In this document: positions 1 to 9,170 of the stretch, in pieces | How positions within the stretch are numbered: position 1 is the stretch's first letter | Layout: each line of letters begins with the position of its first letter | Source of the DNA: a bacterium | Lineage (GTDB): Bacteria; RBG-13-61-14; DATKZS01 | Reading direction: 5' to 3' | Assembly (NCBI GenBank): GCA_963674965.2 | Contig: CAXXFL010000002.1 | Coordinates: forward strand, 352,001-416,000 | Length of the DNA: 64,000 nucleotides | The notes under the pieces: generated by a model | The model's database searches: none | What the model was told of the DNA's origin: nothing | The model's input: the letters and a program-made list of their open reading frames with translations, nothing else | Program-made: the position numbers and the translations under genes

Positions 1-1029
1 TTCGATCATCTCGGCCATGGCCTTGAGTCTCAGCTCGAGGCCGCTGGGGCACACGGAGCCGTTCTGGATCAGGGCCAGGGAACGGAGGGGATCGGACTCG
101 TCACAGACGAACCTGTCCACGCTACCCTCCCGGACGCCGATGGCGTTGGTGTAGGTGGCGTAGATGACGTTGGCGTCCATGCCCGCCAGCCTGGAGCTCA
201 TGCTCCGAAGCTGATGCCAGGGAGCGATGTTGTCCCATAACAGGCGATAGCGCTCGTTGGGCACGGGGAAGTCCCTGGCCGCGACCAGCTCGGCGGTCTC
301 CTCAGCCAGGAGGCGGCAGTGATCGACCAACTCGGGCGTGCCCCGGAAAGAGGTGATGTACGGGGCCATATGCACGAAGGAATCGAAGGCCGTAATGCCC
401 GCCGGGCGGTGGGAGGCGAAGTCCATGAACTCTTTCCACAGGCGGTTGGCCTCGTTCGAATAGGAGATGGCCTCGATGGTCCTGTCCATGTCGTGCTTCT
501 GGCCGGTCATCTCCTCGATGAGACCGATAAGCTCGCCGTACTGGTCCACGATATATTGCGTGTCCTTTTCCGCCTGCTCCTCATAGCAGAAGGGAACGTC
601 GAGCACGAAATGAGGAACGCCCAATTCCCGCCTGTACACGTCGAACCACTTGACTAAAAGGGAGCAGTTGTTGTTGTTCGAGATCATAAGGCCCGGCTTG
701 GGCATGCCCATGCTGGGTGAGCCTTTGCCGCCTTCCATCCAGGCGCCCAGGTCGATGCGGGCGTAGGAGCAGATGTCCGTCGAGTAGCCCCTCTCCTCGG
801 CCTTCTCGGCCAGGGACGATCCCGCGCCCCGGGCCGCGCACATGGCCGCGTGGTTCTCGGGCACGGCTATGACCAGGTCGAATCCTTTCAATAACTCGAT
901 GGGCACGATAATGGCGATCCAGGTTACCAGCTTGCCCTGGGCCGCTCCCGCGTGCATCTCGGTAAAATACCTGGCCACCATCTTCTTGAGGTTTTCCGCC
1001 GATCTCGAGAGTCTTCTTTTCGGTTTCAT
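1..1029 (-). CDS. 2-hydroxyacyl-CoA dehydratase / benzoyl-CoA reductase-like subunit (HgdA/FldB family), runs off the window edge
   Basis: Not in the ORF track because it is partial. Read by hand from ATG at 1029: MKPKRRLSRSAENLKKMVARYF...VPENHAAMCAARG...GYSTDICSYARIDLG...NNNCSLLVKWF...VLDVPF, motifs typical of the family; lies 13 bp downstream of a paralog. Confidence 0.85.
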   Translation of the reverse strand, partial: MKPKRRLSRSAENLKKMVARYFTEMHAGAAQGKLVTWIAIIVPIELLKGFDLVIAVPENHAAMCAARGAGSSLAEKAEERGYSTDICSYARIDLGAWMEGGKGSPSMGMPKPGLMISNNNNCSLLVKWFDVYRRELGVPHFVLDVPFCYEEQAEKDTQYIVDQYGELIGLIEEMTGQKHDMDRTIEAISYSNEANRLWKEFMDFASHRPAGITAFDSFVHMAPYITSFRGTPELVDHCRLLAEETAELVAARDFPVPNERYRLLWDNIAPWHQLRSMSSRLAGMDANVIYATYTNAIGVREGSVDRFVCDESDPLRSLALIQNGSVCPSGLELRLKAMAEMIE

Positions 1030-1042
1030 TTTCCGCCCCGTT

Positions 1043-2146
1043 TCAGGTTTGTTTTTTTAAAAGCTCGGCAAAGGCCTCGACCCTGGTATGGATAGGGCCG
1101 GCCCCCTCGTCGTCAATGGACAGCTCGATAAAAAGGCACTTAAGGCCCGCGTCGGTCAGGCGCTTCTCGATGTAGGGGTATTCAAGATACTCGTATTCGC
1201 AGAACTTCTCGCCAATAAAGACGAAGCCCCTGGCCTTGCTTTGCCTGGCCAGGCCCAGTATGGCCTCGGCCCGCTTGTCCGCCAGGCCGGCCAGGGTAGG
1301 GCAGGGGAAGTGATTTTTATAAAAGTCCAGGTAGTATTCCTCGGCCGAGTCGAACTCCGCCGGCGTGTAGGCGTTGGCCCGGCGCAGGCCGGCCACGTCG
1401 TTGGCCGCCACCACGAGTCCGGCCTCCTGGAAAAGGGGAGTCAGAAAGGGTCTGGCCGCCGAGATGCCGCTGATGAGGATGGGTATTCCCGAATGATCGG
1501 CGGGGTTTTTCCTGGCCGCCACGATCCTTTGCCCGAGGGTCGCGGTAAGCCCCTCGATGGAGGTGGACGCCTCGTATAGTGACATGCCGCCAAGCTGGTC
1601 GAACGCCATTCGGCCGTCGGCCACCAACTCTTGAGCCTCGGAAATAAGGGACCTATACCGGCGATAGACCTCGACGCTGGCCCTGAAGTCCGTGATGGAA
1701 AAGGCACGGCCCATGAATTTCTCGAGGCTCGAAATAAGACCGGTAATCTCGTTTTTAAGGTAGTTCGAGGCATAGGCCGCGCAAAGGTCTTTAGCTGGAA
1801 GATGCATCCGGAAATACTCGAGGCTCCTTCCTCGGCTGTCCATGCCTTTTTGTAAAGGTTCCGGAAGGTTGCGCAAGGTGTCGCAGGCGTTGTATGAGAA
1901 GACGGCCGCCATGTCCGAGGAAAGAGGGCCAAGGGCAAACTGCATGAGACGCCTGGCCACGGCACATGAAAAAGCCTGCACGTGCAAATCGGACAGGTCC
2001 GTACCGTCGATGGTCTCCTCGAGTCCCCATAATACCCTCGGGTCCATGCCCATGGAGTGGAAAAGCTCGAGGGGAGGATATAAAGGAAAACAGCCGATCA
2101 GGGGGCGTGAATTGCCAGGTTGGGACTCGCTCAATTTTTTCTCCAT
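1043..2146 (-). CDS. 2-hydroxyacyl-CoA dehydratase family subunit (HgdB/FldC-like)
   Basis: PPLELFHSMG, FSCAVAR, NACDTLR, KFCEYEYLEYP and C-terminal TRVEAFAE motifs. Confidence 0.85.
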   Translation of the reverse strand: MEKKLSESQPGNSRPLIGCFPLYPPLELFHSMGMDPRVLWGLEETIDGTDLSDLHVQAFSCAVARRLMQFALGPLSSDMAAVFSYNACDTLRNLPEPLQKGMDSRGRSLEYFRMHLPAKDLCAAYASNYLKNEITGLISSLEKFMGRAFSITDFRASVEVYRRYRSLISEAQELVADGRMAFDQLGGMSLYEASTSIEGLTATLGQRIVAARKNPADHSGIPILISGISAARPFLTPLFQEAGLVVAANDVAGLRRANAYTPAEFDSAEEYYLDFYKNHFPCPTLAGLADKRAEAILGLARQSKARGFVFIGEKFCEYEYLEYPYIEKRLTDAGLKCLFIELSIDDEGAGPIHTRVEAFAELLKKQT

Positions 2147-2283
2147 GAATCTCTAATTTTCCCGACGTGGAAAAAGTCTATTGCATGATCTTGAGTATGT
2201 CAAGAAATAGCGAGGTGGACTTCCCCCATTTTGGAAAACTCGGGATATACGGCTCGCGGCGGTCTGCAAACAAATCGAAGGCC

Positions 2284-2499
2284 AAGCCCGAAGGGCTTGA
2301 ACATGAATAGCCGTAGGCGCCAGCCTACGGTAGGCGCAGCCGGAAATTTCTTCGGCGCCCCTAAAAGGGGCGAACCTTGCCTGGCGTCTGCAATCCACGT
2401 CGCCGCTGGTCCGGCCCTTTCAGGGCCGAAGATTATTTTTTAAGCCATCCTTTCCGTAGGCTGGCGCCTACGGCTATGCGAAGTTCCCCCTTTCAGGGG
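2284..2499. repeat. REPIN-like inverted-repeat element (paired REP palindromes)
   Basis: ATAGCCGTAGGCGCCAGCCTACGG (2307-2330) is the exact reverse complement of CCGTAGGCTGGCGCCTACGGCTAT (2454-2477); short hairpins GCCCGAAGGGC, CGCCCCTAAAAGGGGCG, CGGCCCTTTCAGGGCCG and CCCCTTTCAGGGG are arranged symmetrically. Confidence 0.8.
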
Positions 2500-2781
2500 G
2501 AGGCGGCCGCGTACGTTTCAGCGGCGTCCCAGGCCATCCGCGCGAGGAGGCGACGGTTGATTTTCACCTCGAGCGGTGGACAACCTGTCGAATGAAAAAA
2601 GGAACCAAGAACGAAACGGTCAAAATTGGGGAAAGTTCTGATAGCGAGGTGGTCAAGACATGACGCGTTCCTTAATTGATAATTGATAGAAAGCCCGGAT
2701 TTGGAGCGGGGCGGCTCTACGCGAGGCAAGGCTTTGCAATGGCGGGCAGTGTTAGAATTATGTTAGGTTGTATAAATGCCG

Positions 2782-2810
2782 TTGACATACTCGCTTAATT
2801 TAATTATAAT
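2782..2810 (+). promoter_or_regulatory. Consensus sigma70 promoter upstream of the GAK-type operon
   Basis: TTGACA (2782-2787), 17-bp spacer, TATAAT (2805-2810). Confidence 0.8.
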
Positions 2811-2909
2811 TTTTATTTGGCAAGGTTGAATGATGTATAATATTCTCTCGCCTTTGAAGTTGTAATGAAAGTTGTGGAACCAGTTGGCGGCCGCGGAGTC
2901 GAGCCGATT

Positions 2910-4028
2910 ATGCCCGAAAGCCTCTCCCCCGAGATAACCGGGGCGGATGAGGAGGCTTTTCTCCGGATCATCTCGACCGACCTGAGCGAGGAGCAGGAGG
3001 AAAGAATAATCGAGCCTCCTCGTTCATTCCCCGAGAAAAGGGCCGTCCTTGGCGTGCACTGGCACCCCGAGTTCATTCCCATGAATCTGATTCGGAAACG
3101 AATCGACGCCTTTTTTCCCTGCAAGGAGGATGAACTCCTCATCCCCACCCAGCATAATGATATATTATCCTTCGACTCGGTTTATTCCGGTATCGAGATC
3201 GACTGCTATGACCAAGGCTTCAACCAGAAAGTGCAGCTTCTTATCCACGCGAGATCGGAAAAACTCGAGCGGGCTAACGTTTTAAGGAAGATGGCCGCTT
3301 ACACCGCGAGGTACCGCTCGTCCCAGCTTGTCGAGTTCATGGACTCGATCATAAGGCCCATGGATGACAGGATAAACGAGGCCGCCCAGGCCACGGGAGC
3401 GGGCGAGGCGCTTATCGAGTTCGTTACTATTAACGTTCAAAAGGTCCATGATCTTATCGTAAAGCATGAAAAGCGGATCGTGCCCATCATGGTTAAGAAC
3501 AAGCTTCTTCGCGACTTCTTCAACGAGATGAGGCCGGTTTACGGCAATTCCATTATAAATCGCTCGCAGACCTTCTTGCAGGCGGTGAAGGGGATAGTCA
3601 AGCGCGAGTTTCCTCTCCATTATTTTTATCGCGCCTCCGAGGTGATCGAGGAGGCCCGGGGAGCGGGGGCGTGTATAGTCATTCCTCACCCCGAGCAGTT
3701 CTGGCCCATACTCCTGGCCGATTACGACGTTGACGGCATCGAGGTCTGGAACCCCCAATCGAGAAAATACACGGATTTTCTTATCTCAGTGATCGTTCGC
3801 AAAAACGGCGAGATGGGCAAGTCGGAAAAAAAGCTTTTGGTTTTCATGGGTGACGACACTCATATGGGCGAGAAGATTAAAGACCCGGCGATCCAGGACC
3901 AGGAGAAGGCCGCCCGCGAGATAGGTCTCCAGCCTCCCTGGGACGATCTGGCCATCAAGAAGGGCCTCATCCTGGCGGGGATGAGTCTTTCCGAGGTAAT
4001 GGCCGAATACAGGTCTCGTCTGGACTGA
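2910..4028 (+). CDS. PHP-fold metal-dependent phosphoesterase-like protein
   Basis: HWH near the N-terminus, plus IPHP, DGIEVWN and GDDTH, in PHP motif order. ATG 2910 has an upstream GGAG; alternative start at 2865. Confidence 0.6.
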   Translation: MPESLSPEITGADEEAFLRIISTDLSEEQEERIIEPPRSFPEKRAVLGVHWHPEFIPMNLIRKRIDAFFPCKEDELLIPTQHNDILSFDSVYSGIEIDCYDQGFNQKVQLLIHARSEKLERANVLRKMAAYTARYRSSQLVEFMDSIIRPMDDRINEAAQATGAGEALIEFVTINVQKVHDLIVKHEKRIVPIMVKNKLLRDFFNEMRPVYGNSIINRSQTFLQAVKGIVKREFPLHYFYRASEVIEEARGAGACIVIPHPEQFWPILLADYDVDGIEVWNPQSRKYTDFLISVIVRKNGEMGKSEKKLLVFMGDDTHMGEKIKDPAIQDQEKAAREIGLQPPWDDLAIKKGLILAGMSLSEVMAEYRSRLD

Positions 4029-4071
4029 AAAGAGCGCCGCCATATGAAGTTTTTTACATGGAGAATTTAAC

Positions 4072-4350
4072 ATGACGGACAACGACACCTTCGATTACGA
4101 ATCCATCCAGGACTCGATCACGGTCAAGAATTTTATCCAGTCCCTGATCGACGGCATCGAGAAGGGAAGGATACAGCTCAATTCCAACGGCGAAGAGATA
4201 GTGCTGAACCCCGCCCAGATGTTCAAGTTCACGGTCAAGGCGAGGAGAAAAGGGGGCACGGGCAAGATAAGCCTTAAGATTTCCTGGAAGGAACAAAACG
4301 CCATGAAGATACTCTCGGAGGGACCCCTGGAGATTTCCACTGAAAAATGA
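4072..4350 (+). CDS. amphi-Trp domain protein (GAK system)
   Basis: 92 aa; FDYESIQD...IQSLIDGIEKGRIQL...KISLKISW pattern; GGAG RBS; operon context. Confidence 0.8.
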   Translation: MTDNDTFDYESIQDSITVKNFIQSLIDGIEKGRIQLNSNGEEIVLNPAQMFKFTVKARRKGGTGKISLKISWKEQNAMKILSEGPLEISTEK

Positions 4351-5996
4351 TTACCTTCGAAGGCATCGAGGAAAATCTTAAATTCCTCGTTCTGGAGACC
4401 GAAAAACTTGTGACCTCGACTCGCGAGTTTCTCGACGCGCCCGACCCCAGCGAATACGAGCGGATAATCGCCAGCGACGATTATATCGACAATCTCAAGA
4501 ACATCGTGGAAAATCAGTGCTATTCCCGGATCAACTCGGAAAGGGGCATTTCCAAGCGAGACGTGAACGTGGTCCGGGCCATGCATATAATCGGTATCAA
4601 CCTCGAGCGCATAGCCGATAACTGCATCAACATCATCGAGCAGACCCAGTATCTTGACGACCACGATTACATCCACAAATTCAATTACAAAGCTCTTTTC
4701 GACGAGCTTCTCACGGCCCTTTCAAAAATCATCGACGTCATGAGGCAGGGCAGCCTGGCCGGGGCCCTGGCCGTATGCAGGTCCGAGCACGAGATAGACG
4801 TGCTTTATAAAAAGGACTTCGACCGGATAATGAACAAGCTTCGGTCGGGCCGTAACGTTCAAAACCTTATCACCGTGCTTTTCATATATCGCTACCTGGA
4901 GCGCATGGGCGACTCCATGCTCAACGTAGGAGAAGCGTTAATATTTTCGATAATCGGCGAGAAGATAAAGATACATCAGTTCCAGTCTCTGCAACAGAAC
5001 CTGTCCAAGACCGGGATGTCCGGACATATGTCGGACCTGGATTTCCAGTCCTTTTGGGGTACCAGGTCGGGCTGCCGGATAAGCCGGGTCGAGCACCGGA
5101 GCGAGTCGGAAAACCCCGCCCAGGAGAGTATCTTCAAAGAAGGCGCGGTACAAAAGATCGAAAAAGAAAAGGAAAGCCTGGAAAGGTGGAACAAAGTCGC
5201 GCCCGGCCTGACGCCCAAGGTGCTAAGCTACACGCGGGAAAAGGACAAAGCCTCGATGCTGGTTCAGTTCCTGCCTGGATGCACCTTTGACGAAGCCCTG
5301 CTTAACATGAACGAATATCCAATGTTAGACGCTTTCGAGGGACTGAAAAAAGTTGTGCGCCAGGTATGGGATAAAACAATGGAACAAAGTCCCGTGCCCA
5401 TTGACTATATTAGCCAGCTAAGAGAAAGGCTGGACCAGATACGGGAAATCCATCCCAATTTCATCCGCTTCGAGCAGAAGATGGGCTCGGCTAAAATAGA
5501 CTCTTCCAACAAGCTCTTCGAGGCCTGCTCCAAAGTGGAAAAAAACGTACTCGCTCCTTTTACCGTCATGATCCACGGAGATTTCAACGTAAGCAACGTT
5601 ATTTACGATCACGTGGATAACAGGGTGTATTATATCGACTTACACAGGTCGCTTCAGTCCGATTACGTCCAGGACGTCTCGGTTTTCCTTATCTCCAATT
5701 TCAGGATTCCCGTTTTTAACGATAACCTGCGCGACAGGATAAACCTGGTCATCGAGCATTTTTACGATTTCGCCGAAGGATACGCGGAAGAGATGGAAGA
5801 TAAAACTTTTTATCTCAGGATGGCACTCGCACTGGCCAGGTCGTTATATACATCGACGCGGTTCGAGCTGAACTTCAAGTTCGCCAAGGAAATGTTTTTA
5901 AGGTCGCATTATCTAATGGAAAAAATCGCCACACACGACGGCCGGGGCGGACTTCCCGAGGACTTCTCGCTTCCCGAAGCCGTCCTTTATTACTAA
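4347..5996 (+). CDS. PhoU-domain / aminoglycoside-phosphotransferase-like kinase fusion
   Basis: Two PhoU repeats (DDYIDNL...LERIADNC; EIDVLY...LERMGD) then kinase motifs HGDFNVSNV and IDLHRS; ATGA overlap with the previous gene. Confidence 0.8.
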   Translation: MITFEGIEENLKFLVLETEKLVTSTREFLDAPDPSEYERIIASDDYIDNLKNIVENQCYSRINSERGISKRDVNVVRAMHIIGINLERIADNCINIIEQTQYLDDHDYIHKFNYKALFDELLTALSKIIDVMRQGSLAGALAVCRSEHEIDVLYKKDFDRIMNKLRSGRNVQNLITVLFIYRYLERMGDSMLNVGEALIFSIIGEKIKIHQFQSLQQNLSKTGMSGHMSDLDFQSFWGTRSGCRISRVEHRSESENPAQESIFKEGAVQKIEKEKESLERWNKVAPGLTPKVLSYTREKDKASMLVQFLPGCTFDEALLNMNEYPMLDAFEGLKKVVRQVWDKTMEQSPVPIDYISQLRERLDQIREIHPNFIRFEQKMGSAKIDSSNKLFEACSKVEKNVLAPFTVMIHGDFNVSNVIYDHVDNRVYYIDLHRSLQSDYVQDVSVFLISNFRIPVFNDNLRDRINLVIEHFYDFAEGYAEEMEDKTFYLRMALALARSLYTSTRFELNFKFAKEMFLRSHYLMEKIATHDGRGGLPEDFSLPEAVLYY

Positions 5997-6009
5997 TGGA
6001 GCATTATTT

Positions 6010-6891
6010 ATGAGGATTGGCGTTGTTGGTACCGCAGCCGGCTGGTCAACGGAAAAACTGGCCGACGCGGTCGAGAAGCTCACGGGTTTCAGACTAATAG
6101 TAGACATGAAAAAAATCCGTCTCGATCTTGTCTCCGGCAAGGTATGGCACGATGGAGAGGATCTGGCCGAGCTTGACGGTCTTATCATTAAAAAGATCGG
6201 AGGCAGATATTCGCAGAATTTGCTTGACCGGCTCGAGATACTAAGGATGCTGTATGACGAGGGAATGCCGATATTTTCGTCTCCTATCAAAATAATGCGG
6301 GTGCTTGACCGACTTAGCTGTACCCTGACGCTTTACGAAAACAATATTCCCCTTCCTCCCACCACGATTACAGAGGACGTGGACGAGGCGATGGCGGCGA
6401 TAGAAGAATATGGAGAATCCATACTTAAACCTCTTTATTCCTCGAAGGCCAGGGGCATGGTCAAGCTGTCCAGGTCCGAAGAAGCCAGGGGCATACTGCT
6501 CGACTTTAAACGGGAAAACCAGATCATCTACATTCAGAAAAAGATCGACCTTCCCGGCAAAGACCTGGGCGTGGTCTTCCTGGGTGGAGAATATCTAACC
6601 ACCTATGCCCGCTGCCAAAATGGTGATTCATGGACTACCAGTACCGCTTTTGGAGGGACCTACGAGCCGTATGAGCCTTCCCCTGGAATCATCGAGCTGG
6701 CCAGGAAGGCCCAGGCGCCTTTCGGCCTTGACTTCACCTGCGTCGACGTGGCCGAAACAAGCGCCGGTCCCGTTATTTTCGAGGTGTCCGCTTTCGGAGG
6801 GTTCCGGGGCATCTACCGTACTAGCACAATCGAAGCGGCGGAAGAATACGCCAGGTACGTCATCGACAAGATCGAAAAACAAGGCGGCTGA
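6010..6891 (+). CDS. GAK system ATP-grasp enzyme (RimK-like)
   Basis: LKPLYSSKARGM, YIQKKI, FGLDFTCVDV and FEVSAFGGF ATP-grasp motifs. Confidence 0.85.
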   Translation: MRIGVVGTAAGWSTEKLADAVEKLTGFRLIVDMKKIRLDLVSGKVWHDGEDLAELDGLIIKKIGGRYSQNLLDRLEILRMLYDEGMPIFSSPIKIMRVLDRLSCTLTLYENNIPLPPTTITEDVDEAMAAIEEYGESILKPLYSSKARGMVKLSRSEEARGILLDFKRENQIIYIQKKIDLPGKDLGVVFLGGEYLTTYARCQNGDSWTTSTAFGGTYEPYEPSPGIIELARKAQAPFGLDFTCVDVAETSAGPVIFEVSAFGGFRGIYRTSTIEAAEEYARYVIDKIEKQGG

Positions 6892-7958
6892 TGTTAACGG
6901 TAAGTCAAATCATCAGGGAACTGAGGGGAAAATATCCAGCCGACCATGTACTTTTTCTGAAATTTCATGACCTTGCCATACAGTTCAGGACCAATGAAAC
7001 AAGGCTCATCCGGGCGCTCCAATACTATTTCAATCCCTTCATATCGGAAAAAGAAGAGAACGCCCTATTAATCACGGCACACCAGGCGGAACCGCCCGAG
7101 TTCGAGTCGGAATTTCTCACCAAGCCGCCCGATCCCGGTAAGAACAGGATCAAAGAAGAGTATTTCGATCTGCCCGATGGAAGGGTCGTCAGAAAAAGGC
7201 TCACCTCCATGATCTTCATCTTCGGGGGAGACGAGCATTTAGCCATCGGGCCGTGCCTTGCAAACGATAACCAGGTTATTAACTTTATCAACAATCGCCT
7301 TATCGCGCATATGCTTGAAAAAGGATGCCTTTTGGGACACGCCGCCGGAATTTTGCTGGGCAAAAAAGGCATGGCCATAGCCGGCGTGGCGGGCGCGGGA
7401 AAATCCACCCTGGCCTTGAAATGCGTAAGTCTCGGCGCGTCATTCGTTTCCAACGATAGACTATTGCTTGAGAGGTCGGACGGCGGCCCCCTTGTCATGC
7501 GCGGCGTGCCCAAGCTTCCGCGCGTCAACCCCGGCACCGTTCTCAACAACCCGGACCTGGAGTCGGTCGTTCCGCTCGAGGAACGGCGTCGGTTTCTAGA
7601 ACTCCCGGCGTCTAAGTTGTGGGACCTAGAGCATAAATACGACGTGCCCATAGGAGAAGTATTCGGCCCCGACCGTTTCGTGCTCAAGGCCCCCGTGGAC
7701 GCCATTGTCATACTCAACTGGAGACGAGAAAAAGCCACCCCGGTTATCGGCCGGGTAGACCTCTCCCAAAGGCTGGAACTTCTCGAGGCCCTTATAAAAT
7801 CTGAAGGCCTTTTCTATATCCACAGCGACGCCTCGGCCCCCCGAGACAACACCCACCAGGGATACCTGGACCTCCTCCGGGGGACCGAAACCATCGAGAT
7901 ATCCGGCGGAGTTGACTTCGACGTGGCCGCGTCTAAGTGCCTTGAAATATTGAAATAG
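6891..7958 (+). CDS. HprK-related kinase B (GAK system)
   Basis: GHAAG, Walker A GVAGAGKST, FVSNDR, PRVNPGT and EHKYDV; TGATG coupling to the ATP-grasp gene. Confidence 0.85.
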   Translation: MLTVSQIIRELRGKYPADHVLFLKFHDLAIQFRTNETRLIRALQYYFNPFISEKEENALLITAHQAEPPEFESEFLTKPPDPGKNRIKEEYFDLPDGRVVRKRLTSMIFIFGGDEHLAIGPCLANDNQVINFINNRLIAHMLEKGCLLGHAAGILLGKKGMAIAGVAGAGKSTLALKCVSLGASFVSNDRLLLERSDGGPLVMRGVPKLPRVNPGTVLNNPDLESVVPLEERRRFLELPASKLWDLEHKYDVPIGEVFGPDRFVLKAPVDAIVILNWRREKATPVIGRVDLSQRLELLEALIKSEGLFYIHSDASAPRDNTHQGYLDLLRGTETIEISGGVDFDVAASKCLEILK

Positions 7959-8299
7959 TAATATCATATTGCAAAGTCCCGCTTTGGACTGCGGCGGCTC
8001 GACGCCGCTTTTCTTCCGAGCGGCTTGACGCGAGGCAAACCGCTGTATTGATAGGCCTTGTCAACCCAAGGCCATCGAAAGCGGCTATGACGCCAGGAAA
8101 AGGACTTTTGCAAGAATCTCAGAAATTGACCTGTCTCGCTGGATGACCGCAGTGTCCAAAAATCATGAAGATAATGGCGGGCTATTTTCTTCTTGACAAT
8201 CCCTAAAAGCCGTGCTTGATTGGCAAGTGGGACCGCTGTCCTGGATAATGCCACACTTAATATACATGGAGATAGTAGACAACAATAATAGGAGAAAAC

Positions 8300-9166
8300 A
8301 TGAGCGTTCAGATACCGTCATATGATTCCCTCATGAACCCAATTTTAGAGGCACTTTTCTCTTTAGGCGGCTCTGGGTCTATAGATGAAATTTATGAAAA
8401 AGTACTTGAACTTCAGCATATTGGGGATGATATTTCATCGATATTACACAATCCCGACAGGAGCAACCAAACCGAAATAGCTTATCGACTTGCTTGGGCA
8501 AGGACTTACTTGAAAAAATATGGCTTCTTGGAAAATTCCAGCCGCGGAGTGTGGGCTCTAACCAAACTGGCTAAAGAGAAAAAACATGTTGTTCCCCAGG
8601 AAGTTGTGAAAAAAATCAGAACCGAATGGAAGGAGAAGGTTGAAAAGTTAAACAAGGATATAAATGAAGAAGGAGACTATGAAGTAGAAGAGATTGAAGT
8701 CCAGGACTGGCGGGAGGATTTGTTTAATATTCTTACAAAAGAGATATCTCCGGATGTTTTCGAAAGACTTGCCCAGCGACTTTTAAGAGAATCAGGTTTT
8801 GTTCAAGTGGAGGTCACCGGACGTACGGGTGACGGTGGGATCGACGGCAAAGGGATAGCCAGGATTCATGGGTTTATGAGTTTTCATGTGATATTCCAGT
8901 GCAAAAAATATCAGGGGAGTGTCTCCGCCGGAGACATAAGAGATTTTCGAGGAGCCATGGTTGGCCGAGCCGACAAGGGATTGTTTATTACAACGGGGAC
9001 CTTTACCCCTGCGGCAATTAAAGAAGCCACGCGTGATGGAGCACCTCCAATCGATCTCGTGGATGGGGAGCAGCTAGCCAATAAGTTGAAGGAATTTGAA
9101 TTGGGAATTAAGACTCAGATGATCGAGAAAGTGACCGTTGATAAAGAGTGGTTCTTGAATATATAG
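8300..9166 (+). CDS. mrr: Mrr-family type IV restriction endonuclease
   Basis: Mrr N-terminal domain (YRLAWARTYLKKYG) and catalytic GDGGIDG...QCKKY...GLFITTGTFT...IDLVDG; AGGAG RBS; much more AT-rich than the core genes. Confidence 0.92.
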   Translation: MSVQIPSYDSLMNPILEALFSLGGSGSIDEIYEKVLELQHIGDDISSILHNPDRSNQTEIAYRLAWARTYLKKYGFLENSSRGVWALTKLAKEKKHVVPQEVVKKIRTEWKEKVEKLNKDINEEGDYEVEEIEVQDWREDLFNILTKEISPDVFERLAQRLLRESGFVQVEVTGRTGDGGIDGKGIARIHGFMSFHVIFQCKKYQGSVSAGDIRDFRGAMVGRADKGLFITTGTFTPAAIKEATRDGAPPIDLVDGEQLANKLKEFELGIKTQMIEKVTVDKEWFLNI

Positions 9167-9170
9167 AAAA

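Noticed and set aside
1-2146. Class I benzoyl-CoA reductase assignment
   Set aside because: Only two dehydratase-family subunits are visible, with no activator or aromatic-pathway genes in the window; the substrate cannot be determined.
2153-2729. Several 70-80 aa ORFs
   Set aside because: They overlap REP-like palindromes, with no RBS or recognisable motifs.
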